Positions 42,614 through 64,000 of a DNA stretch of 64,000 nucleotides are shown here, piece after piece. The DNA is from the human T2T-CHM13v2.0 reference genome, Homo sapiens, in the NCBI RefSeq assembly GCF_009914755.1, contig NC_060930.1; one strand, given 5' to 3'. Numbering within the stretch: position 1 is the stretch's first letter; each line of letters starts with the position of its first letter. The position numbers and the translations under genes are program-made. The notes under the pieces were generated by a model, which was not told the DNA's origin, searched no databases, and saw only the letters and a list, made by a program, of their open reading frames with translations.

Positions 42614-43160
42614 GGGCTCAGTGGTTCATGTCTATAATCCCAGCACTTGGAAGGTCAAGGCAGGCAGATCACCTGAGATTATTAGTTCGAGACCAGCCTG
42701 GGCAACATGATGAAACCCCATGTCTACTAAAAATACAAAAATTAGCTGAGTGCAGAGCATGCACCTGTAGTCCCAGCTACTCAAGAAGCTGAGGTGGGAG
42801 GATTGCTTCAGCCCATGAGGTTGAGGCTACAGTGAGATATGATCACACCACCTGGTGACAGAGCTAGGCCCCTGTCTCAAAAAGGAAAGAAAGACAGACA
42901 GAAAGAAAGAGAGAGAGAGACAGACAGAGAGAGAGAGAGAGGAAGGAAGGAAGGAAGGAAGGAAGGAAGGAAGGAAGGAAGGAAGGAAGGAAGGAAGGAA
43001 GGAAGGAAGGGCAAATGTTATTGGGCCAGGGCCAGCCATAGTGGCTCATATCTATAATCTCAACACTTTGGGAGGCTGAGGCAGGCAGATCTCTTGAGGC
43101 CAGGAGTTCGAGACCAGCCTGGGCACATAGCTAGATCTTCATCTCTCCAAAAAAAAAAAA
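42614..43160 (+). mobile_element. AluJ with purine microsatellite tail, then FLAM
   Basis: Alu consensus. Confidence 0.9.
42941..43008. repeat. (GGAA)17 microsatellite
   Basis: Read directly. Confidence 0.95.
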
Positions 43161-43377
43161 GAGAGAGAGAGCGAGCCACGCACATTTATCTATAAAGATT
43201 TGTTAAAGTCCCTGAAACCAAAGAGGATTTGTCAGGCTGGGCTGTGATTTCAGCCCTCATTCACACAGCAATTAGAATAATATTGGGCTCCCCATGTAGT
43301 TCTGACCACATTTAATTGTGACCACCGTGGGCTATGAAACATTTCCAGAAATCAAAGAACCTTAGCCCAAAGTAATA

Positions 43378-43598
43378 CTGCCTCCCAGGTTCAAGTGATA
43401 CTCATGCCTCAGCCTCCACAGTAGCTGGGATTACAGATGTGCGCCACCATGCCCAACTAATTTTTTTGTATTGTTAGTAGAGGCAGGGGTCTCACCATGT
43501 TGGCCAGGCTGGTCTTGAACTCCTGACCTCAGGTAATCCACCCTGCCTCAGCCTCCCAAAGTGCTGGGATTACAGGCGTGAGCCACCGCACCCAGACT
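43378..43598 (-). mobile_element. Tail-less truncated AluS
   Basis: Begins abruptly mid right arm at CTGCCTCCCAGG. Confidence 0.88.
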
Positions 43599-43665
43599 AA
43601 AATGGCAAACTTTATATTATATATATTTTACTGTAATTTTAAAAATTGTTTTAGTGGCCACATTA

Positions 43666-44026
<361 letters not shown>

Positions 44027-44116
44027 TTAATAATATATCTCCCTTGGCCCAATATATTCAAAACATCATTTCAACAGGCAATCAATATTATTATTGATAT
44101 TGTTATTATTAATAAC

Positions 44117-44375
44117 CACGTGCCTGTAGTCCCAGCTACCTGGGAGGCTGAGGTGGGAGGACCACTTGAGCCTAGGAGTTCTGAACTGTCACACATGATG
44201 CCGATGAGGTGTCCGCACTAAGTTCAGCATCACTATGGTGGCCTCCATGTTGCCTAAGGAGGGGTGAACCAGCCCAGGTCAGAAGTGGAGCAGGCCAAAA
44301 CTCCTATGCTGATTAGTAGTGGGAGTGAGTAGCCACTGCACTCTAGACTGGGCAACATAGCCAGACCCTGTCTCT
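44117..44375 (+). pseudogene. 7SL (SRP) RNA pseudogene, RN7SL-type
   Basis: Contains S-domain sequence absent from Alu (GTGTCCGCACTAAGTTC..GTTGCCTAAGGAGGGGTGAACC..GCTGATTAGTAGTGGGA) between Alu-domain ends; 5'-truncated with two internal deletions. Confidence 0.93.
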
Positions 44376-44490
44376 ATTAGAATAAAAAATTTTAAAATAT
44401 ATCTATTTTGGTCAGGTGCAGTGAGTTACACCTATAATCCCAGCACTTTGGGAGTTCAAGGCAGGTGGATCACTTCAGCCCAGGAGTTCA

Positions 44491-44774
<284 letters not shown>

Positions 44775-45128
44775 CTATGTCTTTGAATTCCAGTGTGCAT
44801 TTTACACTAACAGCACAGTTCAGATATGACTAGCTACATTGCAAGGACTCAGTAGCCACTGATCACATGTGGCTACTGAACTGGACAGTGCTACTCTAGA
44901 GGAAAAAAGATCTGTGGAGAAAAAACTAAAACTGCAGCATCATTAGAGCCCTGGTCTGTCTGCTGGGGGAGCCCTTTCAAGAAAATACAACAAAAGGAAA
45001 GGGAAGGTCATGTCTGTATTGGTGAGACCAAAGCAATCACTGGAAACCTAGAACTGCAGGAAAAAGTGTTCAATAACGTGAAGAGCAGGATAATAACAAT
45101 AGTTAATTGTGTCTTAAAAACTTACCAT

Positions 45129-45902
<774 letters not shown>

Positions 45903-46049
45903 TTAAAACCCAGGCAGGCAGTGGCTCCTGGGCCCCGGCCACTAAGCACCCCGCTATTGTCTTGCCCTGAGTGTGCCACATTCTCCGGACATACTCCCGA
46001 GGCTGAGGAGGAAGGGACATGGCGATGGCCCAAGGGAACATCAGGGTGC

Positions 46050-46872
<823 letters not shown>

Positions 46873-47273
46873 GCACCGCTTCCTGGTACGTGGCAGGTAC
46901 AGTGTCAACATTTAGAAGGAGCAGAAGTGCACGAGGAGAGAGAGAACCTGTCAACACAACAGCACCAGGAGCAGCACACATAGCGCGTCAAGGGGTCTGG
47001 GCAATGGTGTGCCATAACTACACCCGAAAGCAGCCCACCAAGGAAATGCTAGTGTCCCTGGAAGACCAGCCCAACGTGGCAGGAACACATCGTAGCCCCT
47101 AGCGTGGTCCAAGCAATAGCAGCAAGCAAGATAATAAGCAAATAAGGCAGCATCCCTGGAGACGCTGATGGCAAGGAACAGGCGCCATCAGGAGTTACAA
47201 GCAAGGCACCCACCAAGGAACTGGAAGGACAGAGAACATCCAAGAGGAATGGCTGTGAGGCAAGGCAGGATGA

Positions 47274-47816
<543 letters not shown>

Positions 47817-48659
47817 TGACCTAAAAAGTAAGTTCACTGGCATTTCTATCTCCCTCTGTGCTCTGTTCTGAAGTGCCATGAATTTTAAAAAAATAATAAA
47901 AAGCTCCCTATGTCATGATATTTCCCTATAGAATAAAGACTAGTGTGAAATAACGTTTATTTCAGGACATGGTGATGCCTCAGCCGGGGAACTTAAGACA
48001 CCAAGTTTCCAGATGCTGGGTAATGGAAATCAGGTCAGGCAGTTAATAAACAGCACAGGAGTAAACAGCTTAATTTATCCTTCAAAGAGAGAAGACCCAG
48101 CCAGACCTGGGTACAGTATCTATATTGCTGGGGCGAAATTGCACTTCTGATTATCATGTCACTGCTATACAAACCCCCAGCCTCCCATGGAGCCGGCGTT
48201 TCAGAGGTGAGCCATTCCCTTTTCCATCCCAATTGTCAACTGCTCCTGTCATCACCGAGCTCACGCTGAGCCACTACTGAGCTTGACAGACAATAACAAT
48301 AACAACAACAAAAAGCCCTGCCTGGAAAATTATTGTTTTTATACACAATACAGATCATTCAGTAGATGGTTTCCAAAACATCCACCCACCCACGAACACG
48401 GTCTCTAGTCCTACCCGCTTGGATCCAAGCATACCTCAAGGGTGCACAGTCCTTTACCAGGCCACTGTGGTCTTAGACCGACATCATGATTCGTAGTGTA
48501 CTTGCTTCTATTAGTGTCAGTAGAGAAGAATAAGAATGGCAGGGGAGAACAAATCCACAGAGTCCCAAGTGCAGAAATTAAAGCTGGTATGCTTTTAAAT
48601 TCATTGTATTCCTCAAATAAATACATATGATGATGGAAAATTTAGAAAACACAGATGGG

Positions 48660-49285
<626 letters not shown>

Positions 49286-50004
49286 ACACAGATGGAGGGG
49301 AATATGTTTCCAGGTCAGGAAACCAATATATATTTCTGCATAATTTTATTTCAGAAGATAAGTTAACAAGATCCAGCTTCTTGGTGATTATCAAAAAGTT
49401 CATTCATACAAAGAAGAACAAAAATTAATCAGCCCAAACTATCTCCCTATGAACTTACTAAGAGCAACTGTATCTAGTGCGATGGACTCCACTGGAGTTT
49501 TCTGGGAGGTTATATCCACATGTACAAAATGGAAGGTTCCCCAGAGAGCTCACTCACATAATCCTGATTATACATGCTCAGAGCAAATAGGATAGGAAAA
49601 CCAAGGAGAGCCAGTTGAAAGTAAAGGAATTGGGGATGTTAGTATCCAGGCTGGGTACCAAAAATCCAGGGCCCCTTGCTCCTTGCCATTGGTTCCTACC
49701 CTGTAGGACACAGATCCCTACGGGTTAATTGCAATGAGGTTGCAAATCCATACTCAGTAGTTTCCAGCAATAAGGTAATTAAAAGTATAACGACTATCAC
49801 ATGAGGCTCATTAAACTCTTTGATATTAACAAGGGGTCCTCACCCTCATAAAGTTTGAGGCCATTACTCTAGTCTGCCTTTGACTCTTAAGGCTTGAGTG
49901 CTTAAGTTATCTCCCATCTAGGTCCTATACATCCTCACTCAGAGTATGTGGTCAGGAGCCTTCACTCTCCAGGGGGCCTCAGACACCTCGCTTCTCTTTT
50001 ATTT

Positions 50005-50187
50005 ATTTATTTATTTTTTAACTTTTTTTTATTATTATTATACTTTTAAGTTTTAGGGTACATGTGCACATTGTGCAGGTTAGTTACATATGTATACATG
50101 TGCCATGCTGGTGCGCTGCACCCACTAACTCGTCATCTAGCATTAGGTATATCTCCCAATGCTATCCCTCCCCCTCCCCCCACCCCA
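50005..50187 (-). mobile_element. Young 5'-truncated L1 (L1PA2-like) 3' UTR
   Basis: Near-perfect match to the L1PA 3' end with GAG diagnostic (GATGACGAGTTAGTGGG); TSD CTTCTCTTTTATTT at 49991 and 50188. Confidence 0.92.
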
Positions 50188-50194
50188 CTTCTCT

Positions 50195-51125
<931 letters not shown>

Positions 51126-51559
51126 TAAATACAAAGTACGTTTATATTATCAGGTTTATATTATATCACAATGTAAAATTTTGTAGACAATATGAAATAA
51201 GCATTTGAAAAAGAACTAAAATATTTATTTAAAATATACCAGATAAAAGATATATTTTATTATTTTTCGACCTATAAAAGCTAACCATGTCAACTTAAGC
51301 TAGAAAATTGCTGGCCAAATATTACATAGTATTTTGTCCCTGAGACGTCAGCCAGCAGAAAATTATAGAAAAGAATAAGATCTAATGTCAGAGACGTGGG
51401 TTCAAACCTCAGCTGTGTCACTCACAGACCTCCATATTGGGTTAACTTGTTTTCCTCATTTCTAAATCATAATAATCACAATACTGCAAAGAGGATTGAA
51501 TGTAATAATGCAAGCAGAAGCAAAGACGCTGTGGAAATATTCTCTATTAGAGAGAATAT

Positions 51560-52040
51560 TGGAAGGCTGAGGCAGGAGGATTTCTTGAGGCCAGGAGTTC
51601 CAGGGCAGCCTGGACAACATAGTGAGACCCTGTACTATGAAAAATTTAAAAGAAAGCCTGGCGGCTCACACCTGTAATCCCAGCACTTTGGTATTACAGT
51701 CTAGCCAGCTAGTCAAGAACCAGAACTAACCTTAACCACCGGGCATGGTGGCTCACGCCTATAATCCCAGCACTTTGGGAGGCCGAGGCAGGCGGATCAC
51801 CTGAGGTTGGGAGTTCAAGACCACCCTGACCAACATGGAGAAACCCCGTCTCTACTAAAAGTACAAAATTAGCAGGTTGTGGTGGCACATGCCTGTAATC
51901 CCAGCTACTTGGGAGGCCGAGGCAGGAGAATCACTTGAACCCAGGAGGCGGAGGTTGTGGTGAGCCGGAGATTGTGTCATTGCACTCCAGCCTGGGCAAC
52001 AAGAGCAAACCTCCATCTCAAAAAAAAAAAAAAAAAAAAG
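51560..52040 (+). mobile_element. Alu fragments plus AluSp (51738-52040)
   Basis: TSD AACCTTAAC. Confidence 0.9.
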
Positions 52041-52749
52041 AAGAAACCTTAACTAGGGTGACGTGTGGGCAGTGGGGGAAACACCCCCAATCCTACTGGA
52101 AACGTCTGCCGCCTCTGCACCCCTCTTACCATGAGGATGCCCCATTGAGAGAAACAAAAAGTAGCTCCCCACAAAAGAGCTTGTACAAAAGATACGTCTT
52201 CACCATAAATCCCTTAATGCTGGCTTAGCAGTTGACATGTGCTCAAATATTTTTTTAATAAAAACCCACCATCAGAATCATGTGATAGACTCAAAAAACT
52301 CACTGCTTAGTTCTTACCAGGATTGTCATCTCATATCTTGCAAACAAAAGAAATAAAATAGCATATTTGTTCTAAAAAAGCATCCTTGTATCCCTCATCG
52401 TTACCATTTGTCTTATTACCTACACCCTGCTTGCACTTGCTATGCCCACCAAGGTCACAGACATGACCCTTTGCCTGCCTCATTGTAATAGAGTTCATCC
52501 CTGGGTGCTTCTCAGAGTTGTACAGAAGTAAAAAACAAACACAAAAAAACTGTATCTAAGTAACATATTTTTAAAATATTAACACAAAACTCTGAATTTT
52601 AGAACATATAGAGGCCCTGAGGTCAAACATCTTCCCTCAACATATGTTATTACCATTCAAGTTACAATCAATTTGGGTTACTGGAGGTTACTATAGATCC
52701 AGCTTCCAACCAAAAGGAGCTTCTCATCTGATGCTTTTCTATGCAGTGT

Positions 52750-53560
52750 TTTGTGGTTTTTTTGGTTTGTTTGTTTTTTGGTTTTGCATTCATTTTTTTA
52801 GAGACAGAGTCTCATCCTGTTGCCCATGTTGGAGTGCAGTGGTGCTATCACAGTTCACTGTAACCTCTAATTCCTGGGCTCAAGTGATCCTCCCACCTCA
52901 GCCTCAGAAAGAAAGATGTAATCATTATAAACATTCAAAAATAAGACAATTTTTTTCATAACCTCACCAACCGAAGATAGCCATTAGTATTTTTGCCACA
53001 GATACTTAGTCTTTTTCTTCCTATGCAAGAATATGCATTCTTTAACAATAATACAATCATATGCATATGTGTATTTAACCTTTTTTGAATTTTTTTTTTC
53101 TTTTTTGAGACAAGGTCTGGCTCTGTTGCCCAGGGTGGGTTTCAATGGCACTATCTCAGCTCACTGCAACCTCTGCCTCCTAACCTCAAGTGATCTGCCC
53201 ACTTTGGCCTCCCAAAGTGCTGGGATTACAGGCGTGAGACACTATGCCTGGCTTAACCTTTTTTTTTTTTTTAATTTTAATAACAGCATAGTGTCAGCAT
53301 TTTTCCATGTCATGAAAATGTCCTTCCTCAGCACTATTTTAAATGATGCTTTGGCATCCCACTATACGGACTTACTGTGTGTTATTTAACCAACCCTCTG
53401 TGGCTGAGCCTTTAAGTTGTTTCAAACTTTCATTATTATAAACAATACTAAGATGGACATCCTTGCAGCTAAAACTTTGGGGACATCCACAGTTATCTCC
53501 TAAGGATAAGTTACAGTAGCAAAATTGCTGAGTCAAGAGGTATACAAAAATTTGACTTTG
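52750..53560 (-). mobile_element. Partial Alus within L1ME-like fragments
   Basis: Alu arms; L1 TTTAAGTTGTTTCAAACTTTCATTATTATAAACAATAC. Confidence 0.7.
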
Positions 53561-53564
53561 ACAT

Positions 53565-54215
53565 TGATATGGTTTGGCTGTGTCCCCACCCAAATCTCAT
53601 CTTGAATTGTAACTTCCACAGTTTGAACCGGGTGGGAGGTGATTGAATCATGGGAGCGGGGCTTTCCTAACGTTGTTCTTGTGATACTGAATGAGTCTCA
53701 TGATATCTGACGGTTTTTTGTCTTTCTTTTTTTTTAGAGGGAGTTTCGCTCTTGTCGCCCAGGCTGGAGGGCAATGGCTCAATCTCCTGTCACTGCAACC
53801 TCTGCCTCCTGGGTTCAACTGATTGTTCTGCCTCAGCCTTCTGAGTACCTGGGATTAGAGGCGCCCACCACCACGCCTGGCTAATTTTTGTATTTTTAGT
53901 AGAGACTGGGTTTCACCATTTAGCCGGGCTGGTCTTGAACTCCTGACCTCAGGTGATCTGCCTGCCTCAGCCTCCCAAAGTGCTGGGATTACAGGCATGA
54001 GCCACAACACCCGGCTAATCTGATGGTTTATCAGGGGTTTCCGCTTTTGCATCTTCCTCATTTTCTCTTGCCGCTGCCATGTAAGAGGTGCCTTTCACCT
54101 CCCACCATGATTCTGAAGCCTCCCCAGCCATGTGGAACTGTAAGTCCAGTTAAACCTCTTTTTCTTCCCAGTCTTGGGTATGGCTTTATCAGCAGCATGA
54201 AAACGGACTAATACA
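53565..54215 (+). mobile_element. THE1 (C/D-like) MaLR solo LTR with an Alu inserted (53714-54016, -)
   Basis: TGATATGGTTTGGCTGTGTCCCCACCCAAATCTCATCTTGAATTGTA..GGACTAATACA. Confidence 0.9.
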
Positions 54216-54534
54216 GATGTATACCTTTGCATTTTGGTTTTCCAAAGCAAGATTCAGAAGTCTTTGAATAAGCAAAGAAACCTCAAAAGTACTTTGTGAC
54301 TATCATTCATTGAAACTAAACACTAGTGTAGTCCTGTTTCATCTCTCATTGATGGACACATAGGAAGAACTGAGGAGGAAAATGTGTTATTCAACCTAAC
54401 AACTATTTAATAATTTGTCATAATCTGGCACACAGCAATTCCTTAATCAATGTTTCTTCAGTGGGCCCCAGGCCCCTTCTCTCATTAGGCCTATTCTTTT
54501 TTTCTTTTAATTTTTTTTATGTCAATAGCTTTAG

Positions 54535-54894
<360 letters not shown>

Positions 54895-55109
54895 AAACTC
54901 CATTCTTGTGGTGGAGCAGTATCTGCATGGTCTCATAGCATGTCCTATACCAAAAGAAATATGAGTCAGTTTTCTCTGACCAAGTTTTCCTCAGAACTCT
55001 CTACATATACACAAAACCAAAATAAACCTCTAAATATAGTCCCAGTAAATGTCCCATCCAATGTCTTAGAACTAGTTTTTAATATCACCCATAGGGACTT
55101 ACTCTCTAC

Positions 55110-55960
<851 letters not shown>

Positions 55961-55998
55961 TTCTACATGCTTATGCACAGGGGTCATGAAACAAGATC

Positions 55999-56258
55999 CA
56001 GCCAGTCGCAGTGGTTCATGCCTTGTAACCCCAGCACTTTGGGAAGCCAAGGCAGGTAGATCGCTTGAGCCCAGGAGTTCAAGGCAGAACCTAAAACCCT
56101 AGCTCTGCAAAAAATAAAAAAATTAGCCAGTGTACTGGTGCACACCTGTAGTCCCAGCTACTAGGGAGGAGGAAAACTTGACCCCAGGAGCTCGAGGCTG
56201 CAGTGAGCTGTGATCACGCCACTGCACTCCAGCCTCGGTGACACAGCAAGAACCTATC
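55999..56258 (+). mobile_element. AluJ
   Basis: Alu consensus. Confidence 0.88.
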
Positions 56259-56259
56259 T

Positions 56260-56482
56260 AAGAAAGAAAGGAAGAAAGAAAGAAAAAGAAAGAAAGGAAG
56301 GAAGGAAGGAAGGAAGGAAGGAAGGGAAAGAAAGAAAGGAGGAAGGAAGGAAGGAAGGAAGAAAGGAAGAAAGAAAGAGATAGAGAGAGAAAGAGAGAGA
56401 GAGAAAGAAAGGAAGGAAGGAAAGAAAGAAAGAAAAAAAGAAGAAAGAAAGAAAGAAAGAAAGAAAAGAAAGAAAGAAAGAA

Positions 56483-56549
<67 letters not shown>

Positions 56550-56554
56550 GGAAA
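56260..56554. repeat. Polypurine (GAAA/GGAA/GA)n tract
   Basis: About 295 bp of purines with a single T. Confidence 0.95.
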
Positions 56555-56881
56555 TAATATCCTCTATATAAATCTGGAAGGACCAAAAGTTAAATTATGC
56601 TCACCTTTCCTGATTAAATTCAACTGTGAAAAAAACCCTATAATATTAGAATTAATAAGTAGTTTGACTGATGTTTCAGAATTATTGCTAATGTAAATGC
56701 CCAAATGTCCCTTGCTATACATGCGGCTACATCTTTATCACCCTGAAATTGCTACCCTAACACTCTTTCTCTCCTGCTGTTTTCAAGGAGTAAGAGAGAA
56801 AGGATTGGTAGTAAAAAGAATGAAGGGGACAGTTCAAGATTTAGGAAAGTTTGACATCTTTTCCATGATCAGAAAGTGGAG

Positions 56882-59392
<2,511 letters not shown>

Positions 59393-59662
59393 AACTTTGT
59401 CATAGGGTGTCAGAACAAGTTACTACTGAATGGCCACTGAACAGGGCCATGGAGGGGGCTCACATTTGTGTATATTTGAAATCACAGGCTAGCTGCCATG
59501 GCAAAACTCTGTGCTTGGAAAGAGAACTAGGGTCATAGTTGTGTGGAAACTGAGGTTCTCTTAGGACCATGGGGACCACACAGCCCATGAGTAGATACCA
59601 TGTTCCCAATCCAGCTGGGTGCTGAGGAATCCTGAGTTAAACTGTGAGCCACTTAAGGGCAA

Positions 59663-60942
<1,280 letters not shown>

Positions 60943-61601
60943 GCAAGGAGCCGAACTTACCCATCCTTGCAACCACTGTCCCTAGCACAGGGCCTAACAC
61001 TGGATGAATGAACTAAAGCACCAGCAAAAGTTTCACCTGCTGGAAGATGAGCTTCCCCAATGCTAAAAGATCTTTCAGGACAGCAATAGCCATCACAGCT
61101 GTTTCCCAAGACCTGAACTTGCCTCTGTTGACCACTAAGGATTAGCCCTTGGGAAAACACTGGAACATTAGAATCCCTTCTTTGCATTCAACACCGCCTC
61201 CTCCTTTTTGCTGCTTTTCCTCCTAAGAATGCAGAGCCCTAATTTTGCCTGAGCCCCCTGTTGGGCCCACGGTCCACTGAGGCCCGCCGGCACTCTGACA
61301 TTTGCTCACCAAAACAAAATCCTGTTTTCTCAGAACTTCATTTGCAGGGGAGGAACAGATACAGTCACACTTGTGTTTCAATTTCAGTTAACCTCACTGA
61401 ACTGTAATTTCCTCATCTGTAAAAAGGGTAATATTTCTTTCCAACATCAAGTTATATAAACTACTTCACATAGGGCCTAACAGTACTTAATAAGTAGCAG
61501 CTAGTACTGTTATAATTAAAGACAACAAAGGAATCCCAGCAATACAGATGGGTGAAGGAAAGGAGAAGTTGAGGAAGTCTCTTTTAGAAATAGCTAAATC
61601 A

Positions 61602-61898
61602 GGTCGGGCTTGGTGGCTCATGCCTGTAATCCCATCACTTTGGGAGGCTGTGGCGGGCAGATCACTTGAGGTCAGAAGTTCGAGACCAGCCTGGCCAACA
61701 TGGTAAAACCCCATCTCTACTAAAAATACAAAAATTAGCCGGGTGTGGTGATGAATGCTTGTAATTCCAGCTACTTGAGAGGCTGAGGATAGAGAATCGC
61801 TTGAACCCAGGAGGCAGAGGTTGCAGCGAGCTGAGATGGCACCACTACACTCCAGCCTGGACAACAGAGTGAGACTCCTTCTCAAAAAAAAAAAAAAG
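61602..61898 (+). mobile_element. AluS
   Basis: TSD AAATAGCTAA.TCAG. Confidence 0.94.
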
Positions 61899-61904
61899 GA
61901 AAAA

Positions 61905-62160
61905 TAGCTAAGTCAGTAGATAGAAGAAATAAGACCTAGTGTTTGATAAATTAGTAGAGTGGCTACAATAAACAATAATCTATTGTATATTTTTAAATAG
62001 CTAGCAGAGAATACTTCAAATGTGCCCAGTATAAAGAAAAGAAAAATGTATGAGGTGATAGGTATTCCAATTACTCTAATTTGATTATTACACATTATAT
62101 AAATGTATCAAAACATCACACGTACCCCACAAATATGTACATCTATTAAGCATCGGTAAG
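61905..62160 (+). mobile_element. L1MA-type 3' end
   Basis: AATAATCTATTGTATATTTT..TTGATTATTACACATTAT..GTACCCCACAAATATGTACA. Confidence 0.85.
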
Positions 62161-62175
62161 AAACAATGGCTGGAG

Positions 62176-62608
<433 letters not shown>

Positions 62609-62799
62609 TAGCTGAGTCAGATCTTGATTTTTTTATCTAAGCCAATTAAAGTGATCATGACAGGATGGTGATAGACATAGTGAGTAGTCTGTGAGAAGGA
62701 AATCATATTTTTGAAGGGATGGCTAATGCTTTAGGTTCAAATTCAGTGTTTAGTGGAAAAATTTTCAAAAAAAGAGAAACCCAAGTCATCTTAACACAG

Positions 62800-62852
62800 T
62801 CTCTCTGTCTCTGTCTCTCTCTCTTTCTTTCTGTGTCTTTCTCTCTGTCTCA

Positions 62853-62893
<41 letters not shown>
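62800..62893. repeat. (CT)n(CA)n compound microsatellite
   Basis: Read directly. Confidence 0.93.
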
Positions 62894-62900
<7 letters not shown>

Positions 62901-63629
62901 GAGCTTTCAGGCATCCTTGAAGTCGATAAAATTGTGACCCTAATACATTAAGAAAAATGCCCTAAACCAGCCAAGAGTGAAAATAAACATGACTGAGCAA
63001 TAAATTATGATCTCCTTCACTCTCCTTCTACCTCCCACATACTTGCGTTTTGCATGGGGAAAAATACAGTCCATATGGAGGCTTTGGCGTGATCAGGACC
63101 CACCTCCCGCCCTCTGCACACATGCACGCCCTCCCCCAGGTGACTCCAGGCCCGTGCATCCAGGGGCACTGCATAAACATTAGCTGATGCAGATGGAATG
63201 AGCAGATGTCTGCAGTCCCCCCACCCCAGGCTGTGAGGGACAGCCAGTGAGGGTGAAGAGGAGGCGTAGAGGGAAACAGATGCCCTGGTTTCCAGCCCAT
63301 TTTCCTGGTCCTTAAGTGGCAGTGGTAATGGTGGGAAGAAGCGCTCATTCTGACATTTGATGAACCCCCGCCTCCTTGTGCCTTTTTCTATACCATAGCC
63401 CTCAGATCTAGGCAAAATATTGGAGCCAAAGCAGATTGGGGTTCTAATCCTATCCATCCACACGACTAACAAGAAAGCCAGGGCCCAGAGCCTTCAAAAG
63501 ACTTGACCAACCTCATATACTAGCCTATTGCAGAACCAAAAACAGATTCTAAGTCTTCTCCCTTCTAGACCAGTTCTGCTTTTTCGCATTCTCCTGCTCC
63601 CATTGTATGACCCAAGATTAATTATCCAA

Positions 63630-63990
63630 CTTCTCATTAAACAGTATGTGCCAGGCATTGTGGTGGGCATTGGAAACAGTAAGATTCTCCGATAGTGATA
63701 ATAAAATATTTCTCTGAAGATGCAAAAAAAAAAAAAATTATTCTGAGAGATTGTTGCCAGTTAACATCAAACACCTACTACGTGCCAAGTTCAGTACTAT
63801 GTGCCAGAAAAGAATAAAATGGATAAGACACTCTTCCTCCTCTCCTTGGGATTCTCCTGGTTTAGACTAGATTCTACTGAGATGGATAAACAGAGAGGAG
63901 ACTCAGACCATGAATGAACATGGAATAAACACAGATAACAAATAGACATGATTAAATATTTAGATTATGTATTGGCCAGGGGTTAAGTGG
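63630..63990 (-). mobile_element. L2 fragments
   Basis: TATGTGCCAGGCATTGTG and CACCTACTACGTGCCAAG motifs. Confidence 0.55.
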
Positions 63991-64000
63991 ATTAATGGAG

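Noticed and set aside
63017-63472. 151-aa minus-strand ORF in unique DNA
   Set aside because: Non-ATG start, no recognisable homology and no splice context

Overview
Primate, most likely human, non-coding genomic DNA that is very rich in Alu elements (about 90 Alu or FLAM copies and fragments). It also holds MaLR, ERV1 and ERVL solo LTRs, hAT MER transposons, and L1, L2 and MIR relics. No intact protein-coding gene, tRNA, rRNA or CRISPR array is supported; almost every ORF in the track is an Alu or microsatellite artefact. Two retrocopies are recognisable. One is an old RPL6 processed pseudogene on the minus strand (~32.7-35.3 kb), inserted into an L1M and later split by several Alus; it lacks its ATG and carries a 29-bp inverted templated insertion. 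The other is a 7SL (SRP) RNA pseudogene (44.12-44.38 kb) inside a MER33. A young, 5'-truncated L1PA2-type insertion with a clean TSD lies at ~50.0-50.2 kb. Between the repeats are repeat-poor islands rich in homeodomain, FOX and TCF motifs (best at 38.0-40.8 kb; also ~5.1, 20.4-21.9, 28.2, 48.0 and 49.7-50.7 kb). They resemble a developmental enhancer landscape, but this is inference without conservation data. I found no convincing novel biological system; the best leads are regulatory and mutational-mechanism observations. Repeat subfamily names come from recalled consensus sequences and boundaries are approximate.
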